Shown: positions 8,239 to 17,592 of the stretch, piece by piece
Layout of the letters: the number at the start of each line of letters is the position of its first letter
Position numbering within the stretch: the stretch's first letter is position 1
NCBI GenBank assembly: GCA_030668875.1
Contig: DAOVER010000014.1
Location: forward strand, 30,001 to 62,000
Origin: Candidatus Heimdallarchaeota archaeon
GTDB taxonomy: Archaea; Asgardarchaeota; Heimdallarchaeia; Heimdallarchaeales; Heimdallarchaeaceae
Direction: 5' to 3'
DNA length: 32,000 nucleotides
Translations under genes and position numbers: made by a program
Notes under the pieces: generated by a model
Seen by the model: only the letters and a program-made list of their open reading frames with translations
Databases searched by the model: none
Told to the model about the DNA's origin: nothing

Positions 8239-9240
8239 ATGGGGCATAGAAGGGTAAGCGCACCCCATCGAGGATCTCTAGGATATCGAAGGGTAAGAGC
8301 GAGAAGAATAGTACCTGCACCTCGCGCATGGCAAACATACGAGGGTGTTCCTAAGTTACTTGGTTTTCTTGGTATTAAAGCTGGAATGACACATTGCGAA
8401 TATCTTGAAGACAAACCGAGAAGTCACTTAGTAAATAGGGAAGTTACTGTGGCGGTAACATGTATTGAAACACCACCAAACGTTGTGTTTGGTTTACGTG
8501 GTTATAAAAAATCACCTTATGGTCTCAAAATTGTTGCTGATTTGATTACAACTGAGACAAAAGAAGAGCTTAAGAGAAGGGTTAAACCTCCTAAACAATA
8601 CGATCTTGAGAAAGCAAAGAAAAAGTTTGAGAATCACCTTGAGGAAATAGTTGAACTAAGAGCAATTGTTCATACTCAACCTTACCTTACAGGAATTGGT
8701 ATGAAAACTCCTCAAATTGCAGAAATTAAAATTGGATGCTCAAAAATTGAGGAAGGATATCAGTATGGTCTTTCTCTTCTTGGAAAAGAAATGCTTATTC
8801 GAGATGTATTCAAAGCTGGTGAATTTGTAGATACTATTGGTGTAACAAAAGGAAAGGGTTTCCAAGGGCCTGTAAAACGACATGGAATAAAAATCCTCCA
8901 ACACAAATCTAAAGGAACTAAAAGGGGTGTTGGTTCAATTGGTCCATGGACTCCTTCAAGAACAATGTGGACTATTCCAAGATCTGGTCAGATGGGTTTC
9001 AATATCCGAACTGAGTATAACAAAAGGATAATGCAGATTGGTTCTGATGGATCACAAATCGTTCCTAAAGGAGGATTTGTAAGATACGGTGTTGTGAAAA
9101 ACAATTACGTTTTGCTTAAAGGGTCGGTTCCTGGTCCTAAAAAGCGTACAATTCTACTAAGAGAACCCGTTAGAAAAGCTCCTCAACATGAGAAAGAGCC
9201 ACAAATCCTCTATATCTCAACAAGGAGTCAACAAGGTTAG
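8239..9240 (+). CDS. rpl3: 50S ribosomal protein L3 (uL3)
   Basis: APHRGSLGY, KAGMTH, GVTKGKGFQGPVKR, GQMGFNIRTEYNK. Start is ATG 8239 or GTG 8230. Confidence 0.97.
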   Translation: MGHRRVSAPHRGSLGYRRVRARRIVPAPRAWQTYEGVPKLLGFLGIKAGMTHCEYLEDKPRSHLVNREVTVAVTCIETPPNVVFGLRGYKKSPYGLKIVADLITTETKEELKRRVKPPKQYDLEKAKKKFENHLEEIVELRAIVHTQPYLTGIGMKTPQIAEIKIGCSKIEEGYQYGLSLLGKEMLIRDVFKAGEFVDTIGVTKGKGFQGPVKRHGIKILQHKSKGTKRGVGSIGPWTPSRTMWTIPRSGQMGFNIRTEYNKRIMQIGSDGSQIVPKGGFVRYGVVKNNYVLLKGSVPGPKKRTILLREPVRKAPQHEKEPQILYISTRSQQG

Positions 9241-9256
9241 GATTGAGGCGATAAAG

Positions 9257-10054
9257 ATGAAAACAAAAATATATTCCATCAAAGGAAAGAAACTTTCAGA
9301 AACAATAGAACTTCCAGAAGTATTCCAAACACAATTACGACCAGATATAATTAAACGAGCCGTACTTGCTGAACAAAGCTGGAAGAGGCAACCAAAAGGT
9401 GTTAGCACTCTAGCTGGAAGATTAGTTGCTGTTGAGAATTGGGGACCTGGTCGGGGTGCTGCAAGAGTTCCAAGAATAAAAGGTTCTAGAACCCACAGTG
9501 CTCAACGAACAGCTTTTATTCCACAAGCACGAGGTGGTCATAGAGCCCATCCCCCTAGAGCAGAAAAGAAGATAGTAGAAAAAATCAATCGAAAGGAACA
9601 TTTACTTGCTTTGAAATCTGCGATAGCATACACAGCACAAAAAGAATCTGTTGGTCAAAGAGGACATCGTTTTGATGACAAAACTGACTTCCCAATTGTT
9701 ATTGAATCAAAAGCAGAAGAACTGGTAAAAACTCAAGAAGTTGTCACTCTGTTAGATAATTTGGGTCTGTCTTTAGAATTGTTAAGAGTGAAATTTGGTA
9801 AAAATGTTCGTCCCGGCAAAGGTAAAGGAAGAGGTCGTAAATATAAAGTGCCAGTTGGTCCGTTGATAGTAGTAAGTAATAGTGAATGTTCTTTGGTTAA
9901 GGCAGGAAGAAATATTCTAGGTACCAATGTTGTTACTGTAAACAAACTTACAACTGAACTTTTAGCCCCAGGAACTCATCCTGGAAGACTAACAATCTGG
10001 ACAGAAGATGCAATAAAATCTTTGAATGAACGCTTTATTTCAGGTGATAAATAA
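9257..10054 (+). CDS. rpl4: 50S ribosomal protein L4 (uL4)
   Basis: RPDIIKRAV, WGPGRGAARVPR, LLAPGTHPGRLTIWT. ATG at 9257 behind a GAGG SD. Confidence 0.97.
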   Translation: MKTKIYSIKGKKLSETIELPEVFQTQLRPDIIKRAVLAEQSWKRQPKGVSTLAGRLVAVENWGPGRGAARVPRIKGSRTHSAQRTAFIPQARGGHRAHPPRAEKKIVEKINRKEHLLALKSAIAYTAQKESVGQRGHRFDDKTDFPIVIESKAEELVKTQEVVTLLDNLGLSLELLRVKFGKNVRPGKGKGRGRKYKVPVGPLIVVSNSECSLVKAGRNILGTNVVTVNKLTTELLAPGTHPGRLTIWTEDAIKSLNERFISGDK

Positions 10055-10314
10055 TGGATCCGTACAAAATAATAATAAAACCTCTTATCTCTGAAAAAGA
10101 CTTCGAGCTAATTGAGAAAGAAAACAAATTAGTTATACAAGTTGCTTTGAATGCTACTAAACACCAAATTAAAGAGTCAATGGAAAAATTGTACGGGGTT
10201 CAAGTTCTCAAAGTAAACACCTTGATCACACCAAAAGGAACAAAGAAAGCTTATGTAAAATTAAGCGAATTCGATGATGCTGCAGATATAGCGTCACGAA
10301 TGGGATTATTCTAA
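10054..10314 (+). CDS. rpl23: 50S ribosomal protein L23 (uL23)
   Basis: IIKPLISEK, KVNTLITPKGTKKAYVKL. TAATG overlap with rpl4. Confidence 0.97.
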   Translation: MDPYKIIIKPLISEKDFELIEKENKLVIQVALNATKHQIKESMEKLYGVQVLKVNTLITPKGTKKAYVKLSEFDDAADIASRMGLF

Positions 10315-10328
10315 AGGAAGTGAATTAG

Positions 10329-11066
10329 ATGGGTAAAAAAATATTAGTCCAAAGACGAGGTAGAGGAACATCGCAATTCCGAGCTGCTTCCCATAAGAGA
10401 AAAGGTAGTATCAAATATAGAAAAATCACCAAAATTGAGTATACTGACGAAATAATAATTGGCTCAGTAAAGGACATTGTACATGATCCTGGAAGAGGAG
10501 CACCTGTAGCAATAATTCTTTTCCAAGATGGATTGAAAAAAGTGATATTACCCTCTGAAGGATTAAGAGTGGGACAAACCATTGAATATGGTGCTGGTTC
10601 GTCAGTTGTCATTGGCAACACAATGCCCTTACAAGCTATACCTGATGGATCTCCCGTCTTCAATCTAGAATTAACTCCTGGAGATGGAGGCCGTTTAATC
10701 CGAGCTAGTGGTGGATACGCAACTATCTTAGGTCGTGACAAAGGAAAAGTAACTCTTCAATTACCAAGTGGTGAAATGAAGGAAGTTCCTCAAAGGTGCC
10801 GAGCAACAATTGGTATTGTTGCAGGTGGAGGAAGAACTGAAAAGCCATTTGTTAAAGCGGGAAATAAACATTATCTCAAAAAAGCAAAAGGTCATTATTA
10901 TCCAAGAGTGAGAGGTGTTGCAATGAATGCAGTTTCTCACCCACATGGTGGTGGTGCGCATCAAAGCCCTCCACGTGCAACAACAGTTTCAAGACATGCT
11001 CAACCTGGAAGAAAAGTTGGTCTTATTGCAGCAAGAAGAAGTGGAAGAAGAAGAGGCAAGAAATAG
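10329..11066 (+). CDS. rpl2: 50S ribosomal protein L2 (uL2)
   Basis: MGKKILVQRRGRG, HDPGRGAP, RVRGVAMNAVSHPHGGG. Confidence 0.98.
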   Translation: MGKKILVQRRGRGTSQFRAASHKRKGSIKYRKITKIEYTDEIIIGSVKDIVHDPGRGAPVAIILFQDGLKKVILPSEGLRVGQTIEYGAGSSVVIGNTMPLQAIPDGSPVFNLELTPGDGGRLIRASGGYATILGRDKGKVTLQLPSGEMKEVPQRCRATIGIVAGGGRTEKPFVKAGNKHYLKKAKGHYYPRVRGVAMNAVSHPHGGGAHQSPPRATTVSRHAQPGRKVGLIAARRSGRRRGKK

Positions 11067-11108
11067 TTTTGTCTTTTTATTTTTTATTTTTTATTTTTTT
11101 ACTTTTTT
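11067..11108 (+). terminator. T-rich archaeal-type terminator after rpl2
   Basis: About 40 nt made almost entirely of T-runs directly after the stop codon. Confidence 0.65.
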
Positions 11109-11163
11109 AAAACATAGTCATTAAAAACTCAAAGCTAAGATATACTGATAAGGAGTATTAAGA

Positions 11164-11907
11164 ATGCAAAGTAGGAAAACATATGGAGATGTCGAGTTTA
11201 TATTTGAAAAGCCTCAAAAATTTGAAGGTTGTGTTCTATTAAACGGCTGGCATGGAATTGGAGAGTGTGGTTTTATATCGATGAGTCATTTAGTTGAAAA
11301 CCTTGGACTAGAACGTATCGGTTTCATTATTACAAATAATTTACCTCAATTTATTTCTATCAAAAATGAACAAATTACTTTTCCTTTTGAAATTTATCGC
11401 AAAGACAATTTGGTCGTAATATTGCCTATTTTTGAACCAATAAAATCTGAACACTTGCTTTTTACTAAGACTATTGTTGAATGGTCTATTGAAGAGAAGT
11501 TCCAACAAGCTATTCTTATTGGTGGGTTGGATAAGCGTTTGCAAGGTGAACACGATGTCAAGGGGATTTATACTCGTTCTTTCAAGAGGGGTGATTCCAC
11601 TTCTGCGATTCCAGTTCTTGATGAAGGTCTATATGTAACTGGCCCCTTAGCTTACATGCTCATGTTTTACGAGCTCAATCAATTCCCTGCTTTAGCCCTC
11701 TTACCATATGCGGAAAGATCACGACCTGATCCTGTTGCCGCAAGTGTTGCAATAGAACAAATAAATCTCTTATTAGGAATAGAAATTGACACAGAAGGAT
11801 TGTTGAAAGAAGCAGAAAAGATAGAGAAGGAAATCGAGTCATTAATTCAAGCAAGTAAACCTCAAAGAGATAGAGATAAAGATTCTGATCAAGGAATGTT
11901 TGTGTAG
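11164..11907 (+). CDS. PAC2-family proteasome assembly chaperone (archaeal Pba-like)
   Basis: LLNGWHGIGECGFIS, FPFEIY, ILIGGL, VTGPLAYML, PDPVAAS, IDTEGLLKEAEKIE. Confidence 0.88.
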   Translation: MQSRKTYGDVEFIFEKPQKFEGCVLLNGWHGIGECGFISMSHLVENLGLERIGFIITNNLPQFISIKNEQITFPFEIYRKDNLVVILPIFEPIKSEHLLFTKTIVEWSIEEKFQQAILIGGLDKRLQGEHDVKGIYTRSFKRGDSTSAIPVLDEGLYVTGPLAYMLMFYELNQFPALALLPYAERSRPDPVAASVAIEQINLLLGIEIDTEGLLKEAEKIEKEIESLIQASKPQRDRDKDSDQGMFV

Positions 11908-11921
11908 AGAAATAAGAGAAG

Positions 11922-12014
11922 TGGCGGACCAGACAGGATTTGAACCTGCGAACCCCGGCTTTCTTCGATAGATCTCCGGAGGCCGGCGCCTTATCCAGAC
12001 TAGACTACTGATCC
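11922..12014 (-). tRNA. tRNA-Arg(CCG) with 15-nt canonical 37/38 intron (11961-11975), CCA encoded
   Basis: Acceptor GGATCAG/CTGGTCC, anticodon arm CCGGC-CTCCGG[AGATCTATCGAAGAA]A-GCCGG, T arm GCAGG-TTCAAAT-CCTGT. A bulge-helix-bulge can be drawn. Confidence 0.93.
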
Positions 12015-12070
12015 TTTTTCCTTTTCATATTATATAGAATTCATTAAACTTAATTCATCAGTATAAAAAG

Positions 12071-13186
12071 CTAAATGTCGTAAGAGAAGTCCTCCTCTTC
12101 TTGGGGAAGAAACTCTTCAGAAATTGACAATTTAGCAACATCTTTGAACTTATCTTTAGTTTTTAACACAGTTAACACTGTAGTCTTTAATGCTTCTACA
12201 AGCTCTTCTAACCCTTTACCTTCCATAGTAGAGACATGAAATTCAGTCTTGAGCTCAGTTTTAGCCTTTGTAATTTGCTCATCAGTGAGCAAGTCTACTT
12301 TATTGAGCACTCTAAGAGTAGGATTATCACTAAACTCGTTGGAAATATCCTCAAGCAAATGATTTTGTTCTTTTACTGGCAATTCAGCATCTTTCGAACA
12401 ATCGAACATGTAAACAATAACGTCTGAAATATACTTGATTGAAGCTATGCTTTGACGTTCAATTAAATTGCGTTCATCAAAAGGACGATCAAGTAAACCT
12501 GGGGTATCAACAATCTGAACGAGAGTCAAACCAAAATTTGCATGACCAAATACTATCTGTTTTGTAGTAAAAGGATACTCACCAACCTCTGGCGATCCTG
12601 AAGAAATACACCTAACAAGAGAAGATTTGCCAACGTTAGGGGCACCAGCAATGACTATCGTAGGAAGTGTAGTATTGAAATCCGGTACAGATTTCAATTT
12701 TTTAACAATTCGGATAAGATATTTCACATCTCCTTGAGCCTTTTTAACAAGAGATACATATCTACCTCCTGTTTCCTTTCTTACTGAAGCCATAACATTA
12801 GGGTGATTTGTGTCAGATATTTTCTGTAATTGTTCCCTCTCAATTTCACGTAGCTGATTAGATATACCTTTTAATCTACCAAGAACTTGCTTGATTTTAT
12901 CAACACTACCAACTAAATTGCATAATTCTTGATAAAATGGATGAATATCTTCAACCCAAGGAAACTGATCAAGGATACTATCAATCTTTCTGGTAAATTC
13001 ATGAGTTAAGATTGAAATTCTATCTTTTTCAAGAAAAGCTAGTTTTTGTTCTCTGCTTATTCTTTTTTTAATACGAGTACGTCTAACTGCTTGACTTTGT
13101 TGAAAAGCATTGTCTATGATTTCGCTTATGGGAGAAATATACGTAACTCTTCTAAACGGGTTACTTGTTTTAAGGTTCTTTTTCAA
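12071..13186 (-). CDS. NOG1-family (Obg superfamily) ribosome biogenesis GTPase
   Basis: G1 GAPNVGKS, G2 YPFTT, G3 DTPGLLDRP, G4 NKVD, and an N-terminal helical domain. Confidence 0.92.
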   Translation of the reverse strand: MKKNLKTSNPFRRVTYISPISEIIDNAFQQSQAVRRTRIKKRISREQKLAFLEKDRISILTHEFTRKIDSILDQFPWVEDIHPFYQELCNLVGSVDKIKQVLGRLKGISNQLREIEREQLQKISDTNHPNVMASVRKETGGRYVSLVKKAQGDVKYLIRIVKKLKSVPDFNTTLPTIVIAGAPNVGKSSLVRCISSGSPEVGEYPFTTKQIVFGHANFGLTLVQIVDTPGLLDRPFDERNLIERQSIASIKYISDVIVYMFDCSKDAELPVKEQNHLLEDISNEFSDNPTLRVLNKVDLLTDEQITKAKTELKTEFHVSTMEGKGLEELVEALKTTVLTVLKTKDKFKDVAKLSISEEFLPQEEEDFSYDI

Positions 13187-13188
13187 TG

Positions 13189-14310
13189 TTAATCACTTTC
13201 TAAATCTAGCACTGTCATGTCAATTTCGTGATCAAAATACTTGGGAAGGTTTTTTATTACTTCTTTTCGTCGAGCTTTGTGTTCTTCTTGATATTTTAGT
13301 ACCATCTCAAGTAAACGGGGTTTGCAATCGAGGCCACAAATAAGTTTACCACCTAAACAACCTTGACGAGTTTCTTCCAAATCATCATCATCTTGAATGA
13401 AGTATTTTTCAAACCAATCAAAAATTGTACAAATGTAAGGATTTGCTCCAAGTTCTCTTTGTTCTTTAACTGTAGTTCTTCCACCAGTGAAAGCACTCAT
13501 TATCTTTTTCTTCACAGTTTTAGGGTTATCTCTTAGGAATACACATGTTTCAGGGGAAGATGAAGACATAGGTCCTCCTGTAAGACCCTTCATATATCTG
13601 ATGTATAAAGATGCAGGTAAAGTAATTTTACGCTTTCGTGCAATGTCTCGAGTTAAACGCATGTATACATCCTGATCAAGGCCAATAGGAACAACGACTG
13701 GGAATTTATCATCTACCGTGGGCTGAAGAATATGAGCAGCTTGAATGCAGGTATAATAAATGGTACCAGCATTTTCCTCACCAGTTAGCCCTAAGGCAGC
13801 TTTAATAGCATTATATGTTTGGTTAATAGAAAAAGTTAAAGCTAGATACTGGATCTTCGGTGTAACACTAGAAATGTAAGCATGAACATTGTTAGGTTTA
13901 AAACCTAAAGCAAAAATGTCAATAGCATTCTCTAAAGCAAGTTTGGCTGTGCCTTCTAGATTTTCAACTTTACGAAAAACATATTTTTCATCATCAGATA
14001 AGGGCATATAATACTTGCAATCATATTTCTTTTGCAAGTAACGTATTAACTCAAAAAGAATCAAATGACCAAAATGTAAATCATTTGATGGACCGCGACC
14101 ACTGATAATAGCAAATCCTTTGTTTTGCTCAATTCTGTCAAGGATTTTATCAAAGTCTCTATGTGCAAAGACTACTCCTCTTCTAAATAATAGGTGATCC
14201 TCTCCTATTCGAGGTAGAACATTATCTATTTTAGCAATGCCAAACTCCTTGAGAATAGTTTCATAATCAGTTCTTTTCTCTATATCTCGATTTCCTGCAT
14301 TCTTGCTCAT
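13189..14310 (-). CDS. trpS: tryptophanyl-tRNA synthetase (archaeal/eukaryotic type)
   Basis: LFRRGVVFAHRDF, SGRGPS-x2-LHFGH, PIGLDQD, AFTGGR, LICGLDCK. The KMSKS-equivalent loop reads PMSSS. ATG at 14310 behind AGGTG. Confidence 0.93.
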   Translation of the reverse strand: MSKNAGNRDIEKRTDYETILKEFGIAKIDNVLPRIGEDHLLFRRGVVFAHRDFDKILDRIEQNKGFAIISGRGPSNDLHFGHLILFELIRYLQKKYDCKYYMPLSDDEKYVFRKVENLEGTAKLALENAIDIFALGFKPNNVHAYISSVTPKIQYLALTFSINQTYNAIKAALGLTGEENAGTIYYTCIQAAHILQPTVDDKFPVVVPIGLDQDVYMRLTRDIARKRKITLPASLYIRYMKGLTGGPMSSSSPETCVFLRDNPKTVKKKIMSAFTGGRTTVKEQRELGANPYICTIFDWFEKYFIQDDDDLEETRQGCLGGKLICGLDCKPRLLEMVLKYQEEHKARRKEVIKNLPKYFDHEIDMTVLDLESD

Positions 14311-14484
14311 TCTAAACACCTTATGAAAAATGAGAATAAAATTCTTTTCAAAGAATAGCGATTTGGTCTGGTCACTATGTGTATTCTGTAATTAATGAAA
14401 CAGGAGAAAGTCATTGCCAGTCCAAGTTACCACTCTCAATATCTTTTTACAAAAAAGTCTTTATAAGATTGTCGAACAAATAAA

Positions 14485-15912
14485 ATGATGATGAAACATT
14501 GGAAAAATAGCTATCTAGAAGCGTTGCAACTTATTGATAATGATAGTATTCTTTCCAAAGGTGTCATATTAGGTTTTAATGTCAATATTGACAAAATTAT
14601 CAAAATAACACCTGAAATTCTCTCAAATATCCTCCAAACGGCTGGAGTAGAAGATAGATTGTCAGACAATTGTCGTCCAAAAAAGATTACGAATATTGAA
14701 GAATTGCTTATTTGTCTACTTCAATCAATTAATGATGGCAAAGCAGATGAGGTACTTATAAACTCAGATCAGGTTGCTATCTGGATTGAGGAGAACTTTG
14801 TAATCTCTAGAACAATGATGGGGGGCCAAGCAGGAATAATGGCAAATCTTTTGAGAAAAATTAAAGTAAATCCTGTATTATTAAGTACTCCACTTTCAAG
14901 CCCAGATTTAATTAAATTACTTAATCCATCAATTATAGACCCAACAACAAACTATGATACATTTCGATCAGAATCAGAAGAAGCAACAGAAAAAATCGAA
15001 CCAATAACACACTATGTCTTTGAATTCTCTGCAGGAAAGTATATGGTAGCTAACAAGATAATTAATTGTGAAAGATCAAACCGTTTTATTGGTTCATATG
15101 ATGAAGTGAACTCCCTACTTATGTTTTCGGAAGAATTTAGAAAATATAGTGTCGATAATATATCTAATTATGCCTTGTGTGTTATAGCCGGATTTCATCT
15201 TATTGATTTGGAAATCCACACTTCAAAATCATATACAGAGGTTTTTGAACCTGTATTAAGTTTAATAAGAAAATGGAAAGAGAGAAATCCTTTCCTAGTT
15301 GTCCATCTAGAACTTGCTGCAGTAAGAAATAGAGATTTGAAACAAGCGATAATCGATAATCTATTCTCAGTTGTTGATTCTATTGGATTAAATGAACAAG
15401 AACTTGTATCTTTTCTGCATTGTATTGATAAATCGCTTTCAGTATCTATACATTCAACCATTTCTTCAATTAATTTATTCAAAGGAATGCTTGCTATTTT
15501 TTCCAAATACCCTCATCTCCGTTTACATCTCCACTATCTTGATTATTTCTTGCTTCTATCCCCGTTAATCTCAGAACAATTTGCTCTTATACGAAAAAAT
15601 TCATTGATCGTTTCTTCACTTTTTGCAGCAGTCAAAGCAATAAATGGAACTATAGATAGACGAATAGACACTAAATTGCTCGATTATAATATATCGAAAA
15701 AAGGTTTAGAAGAGTTGCAGAATCTAGAAAATTATCTAAAAAGTGAATGGAATGGTGATAATAGCCTCATAAATGATGGTTACATACAGACAAAATCATT
15801 TGCTATGTTTGGAATACCAACCATAGTTATACCCTCTCCAAGGTATTTAGTGGGTCTCGGAGACACCATCTCTCTGATATCAATTTTGTATGAATTCAAT
15901 AAACTTGAGTAA
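14485..15912 (+). CDS. ADP-dependent glucokinase/phosphofructokinase family kinase
   Basis: GFNVNID (NxNxD), MGGQAGIMANLL, NRFI, HLELA, GLNEQEL, C-terminal VGLGDTIS with the catalytic Asp. Confidence 0.9.
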   Translation: MMMKHWKNSYLEALQLIDNDSILSKGVILGFNVNIDKIIKITPEILSNILQTAGVEDRLSDNCRPKKITNIEELLICLLQSINDGKADEVLINSDQVAIWIEENFVISRTMMGGQAGIMANLLRKIKVNPVLLSTPLSSPDLIKLLNPSIIDPTTNYDTFRSESEEATEKIEPITHYVFEFSAGKYMVANKIINCERSNRFIGSYDEVNSLLMFSEEFRKYSVDNISNYALCVIAGFHLIDLEIHTSKSYTEVFEPVLSLIRKWKERNPFLVVHLELAAVRNRDLKQAIIDNLFSVVDSIGLNEQELVSFLHCIDKSLSVSIHSTISSINLFKGMLAIFSKYPHLRLHLHYLDYFLLLSPLISEQFALIRKNSLIVSSLFAAVKAINGTIDRRIDTKLLDYNISKKGLEELQNLENYLKSEWNGDNSLINDGYIQTKSFAMFGIPTIVIPSPRYLVGLGDTISLISILYEFNKLE

Positions 15913-16026
15913 TCAGAGAGAGTTTTATTATGTTCTGTCTTAGGAAATATGTATTGATTTCTCGGTGTTTAAATAACTTCTTCTAATAAGGATAATGAGT
16001 TTCAATTCAAACTAACTGATTCTAAG

Positions 16027-17436
16027 TTGATGACGATGATGGTTGTAGAACACCTTTCAAAAGAAAAACATAATTCTTTAGATTGGAAGCAGAATACTGA
16101 CATTGTTACAATACAAGTATTTGAGATTAGTTTGAATGGAAACCAAGATCAACTCACAAATCTGTTAACAGAATTGAAGTCAAAAAACGTCATGTTCACT
16201 CTGAAAATAACAAAAAGCAACCTCTTTCTTTTGATTTATTCTTTGAACAATTCAAGAAACACCAACAAAGAAACTGGCTTGATAAACTATTTTGTGCAAA
16301 CTTATTCTCTCAAGGATACAGTTAATGCAGAGGAATTTTTCATTCAAAATGTGAAGAAAGTAGTTCAAAAGGATAATATTCTACAATTCTTTCAGGAAAA
16401 TGGAAAACAGTCTTATACACTAGCTTTTTTGCTTTCCTCAATAGATTCAGACTCAAATAGTTTTTCTAAGCGTTTTACTAATTTTACAACTAACCTTGTG
16501 AAAGCTGATATATTCTCAATAATTATTTCTTCTATCCCTTCTATTGACAGAACGGCATCAAAAAACTCAAAGTGGGCGTTAATGCTTCTTGCTCAAGATG
16601 ACAACCGTATTCAGATAGAAAAAAAGGAAGAAACATTTCATCGCTTCCTTAATGCGAATTCATCGAAACTAAATTGTAAATTGTCATATATAACAAAGAA
16701 AGAATTCGTGAGGCATAAAACAAATTTTAGATATCTTGTTCCTTGGCATTATCTTAAAGGTGAATTTACAGATAATGTTGAGATAAACAAATTGCTAAAA
16801 ATTGATCACCCCTCTCTTAATCCAGCAACAGGACATTGCACAAAAACACTTAGTAAAAACCAATCTCCTCCAGTTCAAGAAAAGCTAAAAACCAAGGAAG
16901 ATCAAGTGGTTAAACAACCCTTTCCTTCTGTCAAAGCTTCAAAATCTAACAAACACATTTCTAATCCAGTTTTTGCTAAAGTAGAGAAAAAATCATACAC
17001 AAAAAGAATAAAGAGGGACAACTACATGGTAAGTAATTTAGATGATATTTCAATTCCAATGCCAAAAACAGTGAATGTTGTTTTTGATCTAGAGTATTTA
17101 AAGGTAAGAATTAGTAAGATGTTTAAAGATTTCGAATTTAAAGAAACAGTGATTTTTGAGGATAATTTTGATCTGGTTCTTAGAAAAGGATCCTTTTACA
17201 TATTTACTAAATTCTATAAGGAGATTCTAAATCAAGCTGAAGCCTACAAAATTATTGAACATTTAGGTAGCATAGCTGGGTTAAGGAACCAATTTTTATG
17301 CATAATAGTAGCTGATAATATAGAAGAGAAATCTATGAAGATTCTAAATGAGTTCAATGTGCTTCATTTAACTTTAAGCGATGTTTTGCTTGAGGATACG
17401 CTTAAAAGCAAGATTTATAATACTATCTTAGCCTAG
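16027..17436 (+). CDS. hypothetical protein with Lys/Pro/Ser-rich linker and C-terminal PD-(D/E)xK/Mrr-like alpha/beta domain
   Basis: 469-codon ORF. The C-terminal segment FDLVLRKGSFYIFTKFY...LCIIVAD...FNVLHL has the beta-beta-alpha-beta pattern of restriction-endonuclease-like folds. Domain call is by eye. Confidence 0.55.
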   Translation: MMTMMVVEHLSKEKHNSLDWKQNTDIVTIQVFEISLNGNQDQLTNLLTELKSKNVMFTLKITKSNLFLLIYSLNNSRNTNKETGLINYFVQTYSLKDTVNAEEFFIQNVKKVVQKDNILQFFQENGKQSYTLAFLLSSIDSDSNSFSKRFTNFTTNLVKADIFSIIISSIPSIDRTASKNSKWALMLLAQDDNRIQIEKKEETFHRFLNANSSKLNCKLSYITKKEFVRHKTNFRYLVPWHYLKGEFTDNVEINKLLKIDHPSLNPATGHCTKTLSKNQSPPVQEKLKTKEDQVVKQPFPSVKASKSNKHISNPVFAKVEKKSYTKRIKRDNYMVSNLDDISIPMPKTVNVVFDLEYLKVRISKMFKDFEFKETVIFEDNFDLVLRKGSFYIFTKFYKEILNQAEAYKIIEHLGSIAGLRNQFLCIIVADNIEEKSMKILNEFNVLHLTLSDVLLEDTLKSKIYNTILA

Positions 17437-17592
17437 AAAATAGACTGCTTTTCTACCCCCATTTGTTTATGATGCTGTATATAGTTTCTGTGGATAACAC
17501 AACTAGAAAAACTGGGGGAATGGCGGTTTCTTTCTTGTTGTCTTTTAGTATGTTCTTACTCTTCTAAGTATGACTTAATCGAGTGATGAACA

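Noticed and set aside
11067-11108. Tandem TTTTTA-like units as a repeat array
   Set aside because: A low-complexity terminator tract with no spacers. No CRISPR-like repeat-spacer structure was seen anywhere in the window.
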